In this document: one piece after another, positions 29,773-38,807 of the stretch
Position numbering within the stretch: position 1 is the stretch's first letter
Layout of the letters: every line of letters begins with the position of its first letter
From: a bacterium
GTDB taxonomy: Bacteria; Armatimonadota; UBA5829
NCBI GenBank assembly: GCA_021371935.1
Contig: JAJFVF010000019.1
Coordinates: 87,268 to 151,267, forward strand
Direction: 5' to 3'
DNA: 64,000 nt
Notes under the pieces: generated by a model
Seen by the model: the letters and a program-made list of their open reading frames with translations, nothing else
Told to the model about the DNA's origin: nothing
Database searches by the model: none
Position numbers and translations under genes: made by a program

Positions 29773-30858
29773 TTACTCCGAGACTGCTTGATCTGATTTT
29801 TTCTTTCTGGCTTTTAGGACGCTTTGAATCTTTGGCAAAAGCACATTCCACAGCCAGTAAAACCCTGGTGAGAGGACCATATCATATTCGCCGATATATT
29901 CGACGAATCTGGGCGAGAAGCCCTCCTTAAACCTGTTCAAACCCTCCAGGTGTTCATCTCCACTGCCCTTTTTGGGGCTGACTCCCCTGAAATCATACCA
30001 TTTGCAGCCGGACTCCTTCGCCCATTGGATCATGGTCCACTGCATCAAGTGATTGGGCATCACATTGCGGTATTCATTGGACGATGCTCCATATGTATAC
30101 ATCGCCTTGTCGCCGAAGATATAGGCGATAGCTCCGGCGATGGGTTTGCCTTCATAGTATGTAAGCACCAGCTTCATGTAGCCCGCAGGCACCAGCGCAT
30201 CCCACATATTCTCGAAATAACCCAGGCTGCGCACCAGGAAGCCGTCACGCTCACATGTCGTCTTGAGCAGTTCATAAAAGGCCGGCAGGTCAGACTTTGT
30301 GCAGTCCATATTGACCGTAACCCCTTTTCGACCTGCCAGCCGTATGTTATACCGCCATTTCTCTTTGAACGATGCCATAAGCTCGTCAAGCGACTTATCC
30401 AGATCGAGCTGCATCACGCACTTGGGTTGGGTTCCCCCAAATCCCTGAGCCGCTACGGGTATGAACCCGACAGATCGCAGGCTAGACTCACTGATGGTGT
30501 CTTCGATGAGCACAGGCGGGTCTATTTTGAGCAGTATTGCCTTGTGTCTGAGGGCGATTTCTTTCATATATGCGCCGAATGCCTGCATAAGTTCGGCATC
30601 CTGCATATCGAGCACCGGACCCCTGGGAGCATACATTATACATTTGCCGACTTTTGGTATGGCTCTTTTGAGCATGGATGCGGCAGCGACGATCTCGCCA
30701 TTGCGCTCTGCGAATATGCGCACAGGCTTCCAGCCGCTGTGAGACTTAAGTTCGCCCCACTCGAACGACTGAAGCAAATCGCCCGTATCAAAACGGGCGA
30801 CAAATTCATTGAACCGCTTTCGGTCCTGCTCGGTTGCAATTGACAGTGTTATATCCAC
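29773..30858 (-). CDS. FemAB-family peptidoglycan bridge-forming aminoacyltransferase
   Basis: Two GNAT-like halves with a central coiled region. FemAB/FemX pattern (KWRYNIR, KAMYTYGASS). Confidence 0.65.
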   Translation of the reverse strand: MDITLSIATEQDRKRFNEFVARFDTGDLLQSFEWGELKSHSGWKPVRIFAERNGEIVAAASMLKRAIPKVGKCIMYAPRGPVLDMQDAELMQAFGAYMKEIALRHKAILLKIDPPVLIEDTISESSLRSVGFIPVAAQGFGGTQPKCVMQLDLDKSLDELMASFKEKWRYNIRLAGRKGVTVNMDCTKSDLPAFYELLKTTCERDGFLVRSLGYFENMWDALVPAGYMKLVLTYYEGKPIAGAIAYIFGDKAMYTYGASSNEYRNVMPNHLMQWTMIQWAKESGCKWYDFRGVSPKKGSGDEHLEGLNRFKEGFSPRFVEYIGEYDMVLSPGFYWLWNVLLPKIQSVLKARKKKSDQAVSE

Positions 30859-31092
30859 GGCCAGATTCTAGCATTCATCAGATGACATGTCAATCGGTTT
30901 GGAGAACGATTTGCGTTTGGTATTGACTTGTGCAATAATGTAATCAAATCATCAACTTATGGCAACGGTGTCTTCGTCACCGCATGGATTGCACTATATT
31001 CTGCGATTGAATGAATCCCCCGTCAGCGGCAGCCAGCCGCGCGCTTGTGTTGAATTCCAGGATAACCCTGGCGTGGAAGGAAAAGCAGTCCA

Positions 31093-31413
31093 ATGGCAAA
31101 TAAATCACTATACGTAGGCAACATGTCCTACAGCACCACAGAGAATGATCTCCGCACGCTCTTTGAGCCTTACGGCCCTATCGCGGAAGTCAGAGTCATC
31201 GGCAACAAAGGCTTTGGATTTGTCGAGATCCCAGAAGAGAATATGGCAGCCGCCATAGAAGCCACAAATGGCAAAGAGCTTGGCGGCAGGACGCTCACAG
31301 TCAATGAAGCACGTCCCAAGACTGATAGAGGCAGCGGCGGTGGTCGCGGTGGTTATGGCGGCGGTGGTCGCGGCGGTCGTGGTGGTTATGGTGGCGGCGG
31401 CGGTCGCTGGTAA
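31093..31413 (+). CDS. RRM-type RNA-binding protein with glycine-rich C-terminus
   Basis: RNP-2 LYVGNM and RNP-1 KGFGFVE, then an RGG/GGYGGG tail. Confidence 0.85.
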   Translation: MANKSLYVGNMSYSTTENDLRTLFEPYGPIAEVRVIGNKGFGFVEIPEENMAAAIEATNGKELGGRTLTVNEARPKTDRGSGGGRGGYGGGGRGGRGGYGGGGGRW

Positions 31414-31447
31414 GCTCCGCATCAGCCTCTAAAGATGTATTTTTTGA

Positions 31448-31490
31448 AACACCTGCATCCTGGTAATGCCTGTATGCAGGTGTTTTTTTA
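31448..31490 (+). terminator. Rho-independent terminator
   Basis: AAACACCTGCAT...ATGCAGGTGTTT stem followed by TTTTTTTAT. Confidence 0.75.
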
Positions 31491-31540
31491 TTGGTTCATT
31501 ACATCTGTTATCGAACCCTCCGAACGCACTAACTCTTGAT

Positions 31541-31562
31541 GGTCGGGGGCATTCTTGCCCAC
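31541..31562 (+). repeat. Degenerate GC-rich hairpin repeat GGTCGGGGGCATTCTTGCCCAC
   Basis: In the queC upstream region. Confidence 0.4.
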
Positions 31563-31628
31563 CAGCAGCATCCAACCGAGAAACTTACTTCGACAGCAGT
31601 AAAACTGTAATAGAATTCAACAAAATGC

Positions 31629-31657
31629 TTGACATGCCTGCACGCCTGAGTTAAACT
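31629..31657 (+). promoter_or_regulatory. Sigma70-like promoter (TTGACA-17-TAAACT) for queC
   Basis: Sequence match, about 35 nt upstream of the start. Confidence 0.45.
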
Positions 31658-31692
31658 TTCGTTGCATCCTATTCGAGGTGCAGGGAGTAGAA

Positions 31693-32379
31693 ATGAAAAA
31701 AGCAGTCGTGTTGATTTCCGGGGGGTTGGACAGCGCCACCACTGCTGCCATTGCCAAGTCCGAGGGCTATGACCTGTATGCAATGTCATTCGATTACGGC
31801 CAGCGCCACCGCCGCGAGATAGACAGCGCAAAAGCGGTAGCCAAGAGCCTTGGCGCGAAGGATCATCTCATTATATCTTTCGATATGCGGCAGATCGGCG
31901 GAAGCGCGCTCACGGCTGATATAGATGTCCCGCTGGACAGAGCAACGGATGAAATGAGCAGCGGAATTCCTGTGACCTACGTCCCCGCACGCAATACCAT
32001 CTTTCTTTCTTTTGCGCTCTCATATGCCGAGTCGATAGGTGCGCAGGACATATTTATTGGCGTAAACCAGATAGACTACAGTGGCTATCCCGACTGCCGC
32101 GCAGAGTTTATCGAGGCTTTCGAGAAGACAGCCAACCTCGCCACTAAAGCAGGCGTCGAGGGCACATCAAGGTTTCGAATCAGGACACCATTGATAAAGA
32201 TGACCAAGGCTGACACCATTCGTCATGGCCTCGACCTTGGAGTGGATTATTCACTTACATGGAGCTGCTACAGCGGTGGTGAGCGCGCATGCGGCAGGTG
32301 CGACAGCTGCAAACTCAGGCTCGCCGGTTTTGCTGAAGCAGGCGCAAAAGACCCGCTGGAATACGAGATATCAGCCTGA
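31693..32379 (+). CDS. queC: 7-cyano-7-deazaguanine synthase QueC
   Basis: PP-loop [10 protein letters not shown] and C-terminal zinc Cys cluster CGRCDSC. GGGAG Shine-Dalgarno. Confidence 0.85.
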   Translation: MKKAVVLISGGLDSATTAAIAKSEGYDLYAMSFDYGQRHRREIDSAKAVAKSLGAKDHLIISFDMRQIGGSALTADIDVPLDRATDEMSSGIPVTYVPARNTIFLSFALSYAESIGAQDIFIGVNQIDYSGYPDCRAEFIEAFEKTANLATKAGVEGTSRFRIRTPLIKMTKADTIRHGLDLGVDYSLTWSCYSGGERACGRCDSCKLRLAGFAEAGAKDPLEYEISA

Positions 32380-32447
32380 AGAGTGTATCGTTTTTTGCCG
32401 AAAACCTATATGTAGTTTGTATAGCAAGAACAAAGGAAGGTTGCTGT

Positions 32448-33110
32448 ATGGGTTGGATTGTAGATGCTGTCGAGCTGCTTTCTAAGGGCGGCTATGTGAT
32501 GATCCCGCTGATGATCTGTTCGGTCGTCAGTGTTGCGGTGCTCATCGAGCGCTATTTTAAGATCAGTAAGGCTCAGGCCGACATATCGGATGTCGTCAAG
32601 CGCGCAGAAGATGCGGTTTATGAAGGCAATGCCGAGAAGGCCGTGTCGACGCTGGAGCGAATGGATAACCCGGTCGCGCGAGTACTAATAGCCGGGATAT
32701 GCAACAGACACTTAGGCGAACGCGGAGCCGAGAGGGCGATGGAAGAGCAGGGCACCCGCGAAATATCATCTCTTACGCGCCGCCTGGGTTCGCTGGACAC
32801 GATAATCACTATCGCTCCGCTGCTCGGACTTCTGGGAACTGTTACGGGTATGATCTCGGCTTTTCATGTGATCGCGGCCAAGTCCGGCATCAGCACTCCG
32901 ACTGCTATCACCGGCGGTGTCGCCGAGGCTCTCATTGCCACCGCCACCGGTCTTGCGATAGCCATCTTCACCCTGATCGGCAACAATCATCTCCAGGAGC
33001 GGATCAAGTCGATAGTTGCGGAGATCGAGGCCAGAGGCAACGCAATGGTCAATATCCTTGTCGAGTCGCAGGAGGGTTCCAGAGGTGAAATTAAGCGTAT
33101 ATCAGCCTAA
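32448..33110 (+). CDS. exbB: MotA/TolQ/ExbB proton-channel protein
   Basis: Three TM helices with the conserved C-terminal TGL...A motif. Confidence 0.7.
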   Translation: MGWIVDAVELLSKGGYVMIPLMICSVVSVAVLIERYFKISKAQADISDVVKRAEDAVYEGNAEKAVSTLERMDNPVARVLIAGICNRHLGERGAERAMEEQGTREISSLTRRLGSLDTIITIAPLLGLLGTVTGMISAFHVIAAKSGISTPTAITGGVAEALIATATGLAIAIFTLIGNNHLQERIKSIVAEIEARGNAMVNILVESQEGSRGEIKRISA

Positions 33111-33501
33111 AAAGGCCCGCATCGAAATCGTCCCGATGATCGACACAATCTTTTTCCTGCTTGTGTTTTTTATGATGGCGTCGCTTGCCATGACCACTGC
33201 CAAGGGCATGCCTGTGAACCTGCCTAAGGCTTCTGCCGCGACCGAACGTCCTGTCTGCAAGGTCGTTCTGACCCTGACCCCGACCGGTAACTATTATGTC
33301 GACAAGCAGCAGGTCACATTCAGCCAGATCCAAAATTACTTGAAGATGCGTCTTAAGGACAATCCGGGCGCAGTTGTGGTCATAAACTGCGATAAGGCGC
33401 AGAACTGGGAGAAGGGCATCCAGCTTGCCGACGAGGCCAAACGCGCCGGAGCCAAGTATTTGACCATCGCCACCGAACCCAAACCCGTATCCAACTCATA
33501 A
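33085..33501 (+). CDS. exbD: ExbD/TolR biopolymer transport protein
   Basis: EIVPMIDTIFFLLVFFM signature. GTG start with AGAGGTG Shine-Dalgarno. Overlaps the exbB end. Confidence 0.7.
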   Translation: MKLSVYQPKKARIEIVPMIDTIFFLLVFFMMASLAMTTAKGMPVNLPKASAATERPVCKVVLTLTPTGNYYVDKQQVTFSQIQNYLKMRLKDNPGAVVVINCDKAQNWEKGIQLADEAKRAGAKYLTIATEPKPVSNS

Positions 33502-33506
33502 TTTGT

Positions 33507-34490
33507 ATGAAAGACAAGATACTCACATATGCAATCGCCGCATCGATAGCGGCTCACATACTGGTTATAAGCGTGGTTGGGCACTCTTCCCTAACCAGAC
33601 TCAGCACCGCCTCTGCGGCAGTGCCGACTCCGAAGTTTATCAAGGTTGATTTCGTGGGTGATCCTTCCGAGGCGGTCAAGCCGAAACCTGTCGAGACACC
33701 GAAGTCCGAGCCGGCTGCAAAGCAGACGGAGAGACAATACAAGTCAGAATCTCCCATTTTGCCAAAGCAGACCGCAAAGGTTCCCATTACTTCTATACGT
33801 CCAGCGACCAGACAGCCGATATCTGTTCCCCATACTCCACGCGGGACGGGTCATCAGATGCCTGGTAATCCCGGCGGCAAGCTCAACATAGGTTCGACCA
33901 GCGCTAATGGCGACCTTGGCGGCAACTGGGGAGGGGGCAGCACTCCGGCTGGATGGGTTCCCGGCAGTGATGATGGCAAGGGCAAAGGTTCAGGCAGTGG
34001 AGCAGGGGAAGCTCGGCCTGATCCAGTGAAAAACGCATCCGATGGGCCAGGTACAGCCCCAGCGCCCGCCCCGCGCACTGTGAGCGTACGAATATGCCAT
34101 CAGTCCGGTATGCTGGCAGGTGAATACTGCAAATCAACCGGATTCAGGACCTATATCGAAGGCCGGCAGCCGAGACGAGTCTGCACTCACTGCAAACCCC
34201 CCGAGCATAAATCGCGCCTTGCCGATCAGGCAAATCCGATCCTCATCAGGGATACAAGCGTTTCGGTTCCCGCTTCAGTGGATGAGGGATTGAGTTTGGT
34301 CGTAAAGGTCGAGTATACAGTCACGGATGAAGGTTCAGTATCTGGCGTGAGTGTCATTAAGTCATCCGGCTATCGCGCACTCGATAAGGTGGTCATAAGC
34401 GCCACCTCCAAGCTCAAATATAAACCCGCAGTCCAGGACGGCACTGCCCGCAGTGTGAAGATGACCAGAACCTACAGGATAAACACTTAG
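33507..34490 (+). CDS. TonB-family protein (Pro/Gly-rich linker, TonB C-terminal domain)
   Basis: N-terminal TM anchor, long P/G/S-rich spacer, C-terminal SGYRALDKVVISA...YKPA TonB-like fold. Confidence 0.6.
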   Translation: MKDKILTYAIAASIAAHILVISVVGHSSLTRLSTASAAVPTPKFIKVDFVGDPSEAVKPKPVETPKSEPAAKQTERQYKSESPILPKQTAKVPITSIRPATRQPISVPHTPRGTGHQMPGNPGGKLNIGSTSANGDLGGNWGGGSTPAGWVPGSDDGKGKGSGSGAGEARPDPVKNASDGPGTAPAPAPRTVSVRICHQSGMLAGEYCKSTGFRTYIEGRQPRRVCTHCKPPEHKSRLADQANPILIRDTSVSVPASVDEGLSLVVKVEYTVTDEGSVSGVSVIKSSGYRALDKVVISATSKLKYKPAVQDGTARSVKMTRTYRINT

Positions 34491-34705
34491 TATCTGGCCA
34501 TACAGACAAATTGACGTTTGTGCAAAAACGAACAGAGCTTAGAATTCATATATCTGAGCGTAGATAGTTTTTTGTATCTCAGCAATTCTCTCTTCATACA
34601 CATCATCCAAGACTGCGTGCTACGTCCGCAAATCATTGCCGTTTGTATTATCTCACCAATTTTGTGTTCCGAGTTCACTTTGGAGTGGGAAACAAATTAT
34701 TGGTG

Positions 34706-34734
34706 TTGACAGCTCGGCTGGTTGTGGATAGAAT
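34706..34734 (+). promoter_or_regulatory. Sigma70-like promoter (TTGACA-17-TAGAAT) for fabH
   Basis: Near-consensus hexamers with ideal spacing. Confidence 0.5.
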
Positions 34735-34810
34735 GCGGATGAGGTTTTGATGTTTTTGTTTCTACAGACCTAAATAAATGCTTCAGGGCAACGACACCAA
34801 AAGGAAACAA

Positions 34811-35779
34811 ATGCCAATTCAGATAATCGCAACAGGCAGCTATCTGCCCGAGCTTGTAGCATCCAACAATGATCTTGCGGCTTTTTTGGACACAAATGAC
34901 GAATGGATTCGGACCAGGTCCGGGATCAGCACGAGACATATTGCGACAGACGAAACCACTTCGGAGATGGGTGCGAAAGCTGCGAGTGTGGCAATGCATA
35001 GGAGTGGGCTGAGACCCGAAGATATCGATCTTGTGATATGCGCAACACTCACGCCGGATACGTCAGTGCCCATGACGGCCGCCAACATAAAGAAGGCTTT
35101 AGGGATCGAAAGAGCAGCCGCATTCGACCTAAACGGCAACTGCAGCGGATTTATCTATGCAATTACAGCGGCGGACAGCCTGATGAAAAACTGCGGTTAC
35201 GATCATGCAATAGTTGTCGGTTCGGACACCAACAGCCAGATGCTGGATTGGACGGACAGATCGACCTGTGTGCTTTTTGGTGATGGCGCCGGTGCGGTGG
35301 TTCTGTCGCGCACCGATAAGAGGGGCATCATCACGACGTACTTGGACTGCAAAATCGACTCAGACAATGTGCTGATCTGGCCCAACCGGTTGGATGCGAC
35401 GCCTTTTTGCGATGCTCAACGAACTGAACACACCAAACTTGCGATGCAGGGCAGCAAAGTAATGCGTTTTGTGGTGAAGGCGCTTATAGAGTCAGTGAGG
35501 CAGGTCACCACGGCAGCAAACGTTTCCATAGATGATGTGAAATACATAGTGCCGCACCAGGCAAATCTGCGAATGATCGAGTCGGCGGCAGAGACGATGC
35601 GGCTCGACATGGACAAGTTCTACATCAACATAGACAGGGTAGCCAACACATCGCATGGGACTATCCCGATAGCCCTTGATGAGATGGCAGAAAATAAACT
35701 GCTCGAAAGAGGGGATCTTATTCTGCTTACCGCTTTTGGCGGAGGACTTAGTTCGGGCGCCGTATTGCTGGAGTGGTAA
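34811..35779 (+). CDS. fabH: 3-oxoacyl-[ACP] synthase III
   Basis: Active-site C (NGNCSGFIYA), H (VPHQAN) and N motifs. AGGA Shine-Dalgarno. Confidence 0.85.
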   Translation: MPIQIIATGSYLPELVASNNDLAAFLDTNDEWIRTRSGISTRHIATDETTSEMGAKAASVAMHRSGLRPEDIDLVICATLTPDTSVPMTAANIKKALGIERAAAFDLNGNCSGFIYAITAADSLMKNCGYDHAIVVGSDTNSQMLDWTDRSTCVLFGDGAGAVVLSRTDKRGIITTYLDCKIDSDNVLIWPNRLDATPFCDAQRTEHTKLAMQGSKVMRFVVKALIESVRQVTTAANVSIDDVKYIVPHQANLRMIESAAETMRLDMDKFYINIDRVANTSHGTIPIALDEMAENKLLERGDLILLTAFGGGLSSGAVLLEW

Positions 35780-35801
35780 TGTTCAATCTGATATTGAGCC
35801 A

Positions 35802-36035
35802 TCAATATCTGGAACCAACGCACCCAAAGTCGAGCCCATAATCCTGAAACCCGAGTGCATGGGCTGTGTGCAGTGATGCAATATTTGTGCGGTCCGCACC
35901 CCAGGTGGCTATTTTGCCGTTATCGAGGATGTATTTCACTGCTGCCGATACGGCGCTTTTTGCATATCCCATGCCTCGATATTCAGGCAGTGTCTGGATA
36001 GTAGGGTCCCATACGACATCAGACAGCGGCTTCAC
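35802..36035 (-). pseudogene. Truncated duplicate of the 3' end of the GNAT-like gene at 37067-37777
   Basis: The 77 aa align with the C-terminal 77 aa of the 236-aa protein at about 90 percent identity. The underlying DNA at 35822-36050 matches 37090-37320. No N-terminal part is present. Confidence 0.7.
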
Positions 36036-36221
36036 GCCCGCCTACGAGACCGGTTCGCCCGCATAGTTAGCAAGTCTCTTTCGCATGTGTGACACATTCA
36101 GCTCAACGGAGCCACAGTGTTGACATTATCCCGGTATAAATAACAGTTGCCAAGTGTTCAAGCTGATGTTATATTGTACAACTGGAAGTGTATGCTTGCC
36201 GGATGGGAAGGGAGAGAGATT

Positions 36222-36878
36222 ATGTATACAAGGTTGTGTTTACTGCTCATAGGTTTATTGTTTGTGTGTCTGCCGGTGACTGCTGCGACATATACCCAAT
36301 CTTTTACAGACCTCTGGAATGTAGGCAATGGAATATCCATTGTCAGTTGCTCAGGCACCCACTTTGCAAATACCGATATTTTGGATATGTTCGGCGCCAA
36401 TGGCAGTTACTATGTGCCAGAGAGAGGCAATACTCTATTTCGCGACGGGCAGCCACAAAACTATCGCCACTTTATTGAGTGGCAGATGCCAGGCAGCGTG
36501 ACGGTAGGTCGAATAGCGCTGTGGGCAGCCCACGATGGTGGTTCATGCGGGCGTTCTTTCAACAGATTCACACTAGAGGCTTGGAACAGCGCTGCGGGCG
36601 GATATGTTACTGTTTATGACACGCAAGTCGGTCTGCCATATACCTGGGTCGAAGGCAATGAAGGGCTTGTCGTTAACAAAACATTCGACACCCCGTTTAC
36701 CTCCAGCCTGTTCAGAGCCAGCTTCTACCAGGCGACCACCATACCGTATGCGTCCGGTCCCAGGATATACGAGCTTGACGCTTTTACAGCTCCGCCGTCT
36801 GTTCCTGAGTGGGGCTCTCTTGCTTTGGCCCTGCTGGGTTTGGTGCCTGCCGCACGTTTTGCCAGACGTAAAAAGTAA
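36222..36878 (+). CDS. PEP-CTERM sorting-domain secreted protein
   Basis: Signal peptide MYTRLCLLLIGLLFVCLPVTAA. C-terminus VPEWGSLALALLGLVPAARFARRKK has a PEP-like motif, TM helix and basic tail. Confidence 0.7.
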   Translation: MYTRLCLLLIGLLFVCLPVTAATYTQSFTDLWNVGNGISIVSCSGTHFANTDILDMFGANGSYYVPERGNTLFRDGQPQNYRHFIEWQMPGSVTVGRIALWAAHDGGSCGRSFNRFTLEAWNSAAGGYVTVYDTQVGLPYTWVEGNEGLVVNKTFDTPFTSSLFRASFYQATTIPYASGPRIYELDAFTAPPSVPEWGSLALALLGLVPAARFARRKK

Positions 36879-36936
36879 TCAGTTCGATTCTGCCGGGTAA
36901 GATGGTAATATCCGGCAGACATAACACTTTTGTGCT

Positions 36937-36961
36937 GGGAGGGCTTACCTCCTGCCGAGCC
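36937..36961 (+). repeat. GGGAGGGCGAGGCTCCTGCCGAGCC-family motif (degenerate copy)
   Basis: GGGAGGGCTTACCTCCTGCCGAGCC. Confidence 0.5.
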
Positions 36962-36993
36962 ATGTTACGTCATCTGAGGGTATCGATTTCTTA

Positions 36994-37069
36994 ACCCGCA
37001 TTATTCACGAGAAACGTGAATAATGCTCTTGGAGACCCGGATTATGCGGGAAGCGCATAATCCGGGCTA
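36994..37069 (+). repeat. ~75-80 bp double-hairpin element, forward orientation
   Basis: ACCCGCATTATTCACGAGAAACGTGAATAATGC plus CCCGGATTATGCGGGAAGCGCATAATCCGGG. Confidence 0.8.
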
Positions 37070-37777
37070 ACCACACTGTATGCAGACGCACCCGAAGTCA
37101 AGCCCATAATCCTGAAACCCGAGTGCATGAGCCGTGCGCAGTGATGCGATATTGGTACGGTCCGCGCCCCAGGTGGCTATTTTGCCGTTATCGAGGATGT
37201 ATTTCACTGCTGCCGATACGGCGCTTTTTGCATGTCCCATGCCTCGATATTCCGAGAGAGTCTGCACCGTCAGGTCCCAGCCGACACCAGACAGTGGCTT
37301 CACTCCTGCCCACGAGACCACTCTGCCGTCCAAAATCTGACCGAATACCCTGCCTCCCCATTTGTTGTAGATACCGACAGCAATTTCGTCCATGTCGGTC
37401 ACATCGCGCACGTCGCCATTTGTCTGGTCAACAAAAGTTTCTCTGTCACAGTAGAGTCTGCACCCCTCGAACCAGAACTCAGGCTGTATGACAGGCGTCA
37501 ATGCAGCCTCAAGTGCCCGAGATGCATTTTCGTCAAGTGTTTTTGAGCCGATCAGCGCATTAGCGGCCGCTTCGTATAGATCGGGCAATACTGACACCAC
37601 CGCTCCAGTCCCTTTGCCTATCGAAAAGAGCGCAAGCGGCGCGCCCTTTGCGAACCTTATTCCGGTAATCTTTTCGCATTTGACGACCACCAGCCTGCCC
37701 GAGTTGAGATCATCCGGTGTGCATCCCAGTGCGGACGAGTAAAATTTGTCCAGTTGCATCACTGTATCGTTTGCCAT
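37067..37777 (-). CDS. GNAT-like acetyltransferase-fold protein (C-terminal domain)
   Basis: C-terminal GNAT-like motif EYRGMGHAKSAVSAAVKYILDNG. Last gene of the 37067-42102 operon. Confidence 0.55.
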   Translation of the reverse strand: MANDTVMQLDKFYSSALGCTPDDLNSGRLVVVKCEKITGIRFAKGAPLALFSIGKGTGAVVSVLPDLYEAAANALIGSKTLDENASRALEAALTPVIQPEFWFEGCRLYCDRETFVDQTNGDVRDVTDMDEIAVGIYNKWGGRVFGQILDGRVVSWAGVKPLSGVGWDLTVQTLSEYRGMGHAKSAVSAAVKYILDNGKIATWGADRTNIASLRTAHALGFQDYGLDFGCVCIQCG

Positions 37778-37778
37778 G

Positions 37779-38807
37779 TCAATCCCTATACCACATCCTG
37801 TGCATCAGGTCGGCCATAGTCAATAGGTCGTGGAGGTTATGTGTCAATATCTGCGCTATCTTGCATGCGTCGCCCGTCCGCACGAAGTCATCATATGCTC
37901 TTGGAATCTCTGCCCCAGGTATATCGTCCTCGCGAGACCGCCCGCACACCATCTGTTCAAGCGTCTGCAGCCTGCAGTTGGGCAGATCACGCTTATATAT
38001 GCGTCTTGCCTCATGGAGCATATCGAGATGAAACTCAGGCACCGGCAGCTTTATGCCTTTTGCAGTTGCTCTATTTGCCAGAAACGGCATATCGAAGCAC
38101 TTGCCGTTGAATGTCACGACCATCCTGGCATCTTTTAGCCTATGGGCAAATGCCGAGACTATACCGGTCTCCTCGGAGTAATCGCGCGCGAAATATTGTC
38201 TGAATGTCAGACCATTGGAGGTGCACTCCATTGTCCCGATCAGGAACACGGGCGTCATGTTCAGCCCGGTGGTTTCGAGGTCCAGAAAGATGATTTCTTC
38301 AGGAGATATCTTCTCGGATTTGCATGCGCGAGCAAATCTCTCGACGGCTTCTCCGTCAGGATATCCAGTCAGCCGGACGAACCTTCTATACATCACATCC
38401 GCGCTCGCATCCAGTTCGACCGCAGGCTTTTCGATCAGATAATACCCGTCTCCCGACACAGACTGTGCCTCGATACCTTCTATCACATCCTCCAGAACTA
38501 CATTGCCTTTAGTGCTCATAGATTCGTCAAAGGGCGCTGTCAAAGTCTGGATAGCGTGGGGGATTTCTGTTTCTTTGATAGTCGGGGGTATTCCTGCCCC
38601 CGACTCCTCTTCTCGGGCATTCTTGCCCGCAGAGCCTTTGCAATTTGGGTCTTTCTCAGCATCCTGAGCTTTGTCTAGGGATGCTGACAATATCCCGACA
38701 GCTGTGGAAATTCCTACCTCTTTCTTTTCCAGAGTAGACAGGGAATTTCTCATAGGCTGCCCGTTCATAGCCTCTATCCGGCTTTTGAGGTCACCTGGAG
38801 CCATCAT
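37779..38807 (-). CDS. RNase-H-like 3'-5' exonuclease (YprB/PolB-exo-like, COG3359-type)
   Basis: IIFLDLETTGL (exo I-like) and FNGKCFDMPFL motifs. The start overlaps the upstream stop in an ATGA coupling. The N-terminal ~96 aa are low-complexity and the DNA there carries a GC-hairpin REP copy in frame. Alternative start at Met97 (about 38519). Confidence 0.6.
   Translation of the reverse strand: MMAPGDLKSRIEAMNGQPMRNSLSTLEKKEVGISTAVGILSASLDKAQDAEKDPNCKGSAGKNAREEESGAGIPPTIKETEIPHAIQTLTAPFDESMSTKGNVVLEDVIEGIEAQSVSGDGYYLIEKPAVELDASADVMYRRFVRLTGYPDGEAVERFARACKSEKISPEEIIFLDLETTGLNMTPVFLIGTMECTSNGLTFRQYFARDYSEETGIVSAFAHRLKDARMVVTFNGKCFDMPFLANRATAKGIKLPVPEFHLDMLHEARRIYKRDLPNCRLQTLEQMVCGRSREDDIPGAEIPRAYDDFVRTGDACKIAQILTHNLHDLLTMADLMHRMWYRD
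38581..38604 (+). repeat. GC-rich hairpin repeat GTCGGGGGTATTCCTGCCCCCGAC
   Basis: Read directly. Lies inside the 5' part of the exonuclease ORF, with a degenerate second copy at about 38612-38630. Confidence 0.7.

Noticed and set aside
30859-31092. Long (~230 nt) 5' leader of the RRM glycine-rich protein gene as a cis-regulatory RNA
   Set aside because: I could not recognise a known riboswitch or thermometer motif by eye. Noted only as a long UTR.
31500-31692. preQ1 riboswitch upstream of queC
   Set aside because: No preQ1-I/II consensus was found. Only a promoter-like TTGACA-17-TAAACT and a short UTR are present.
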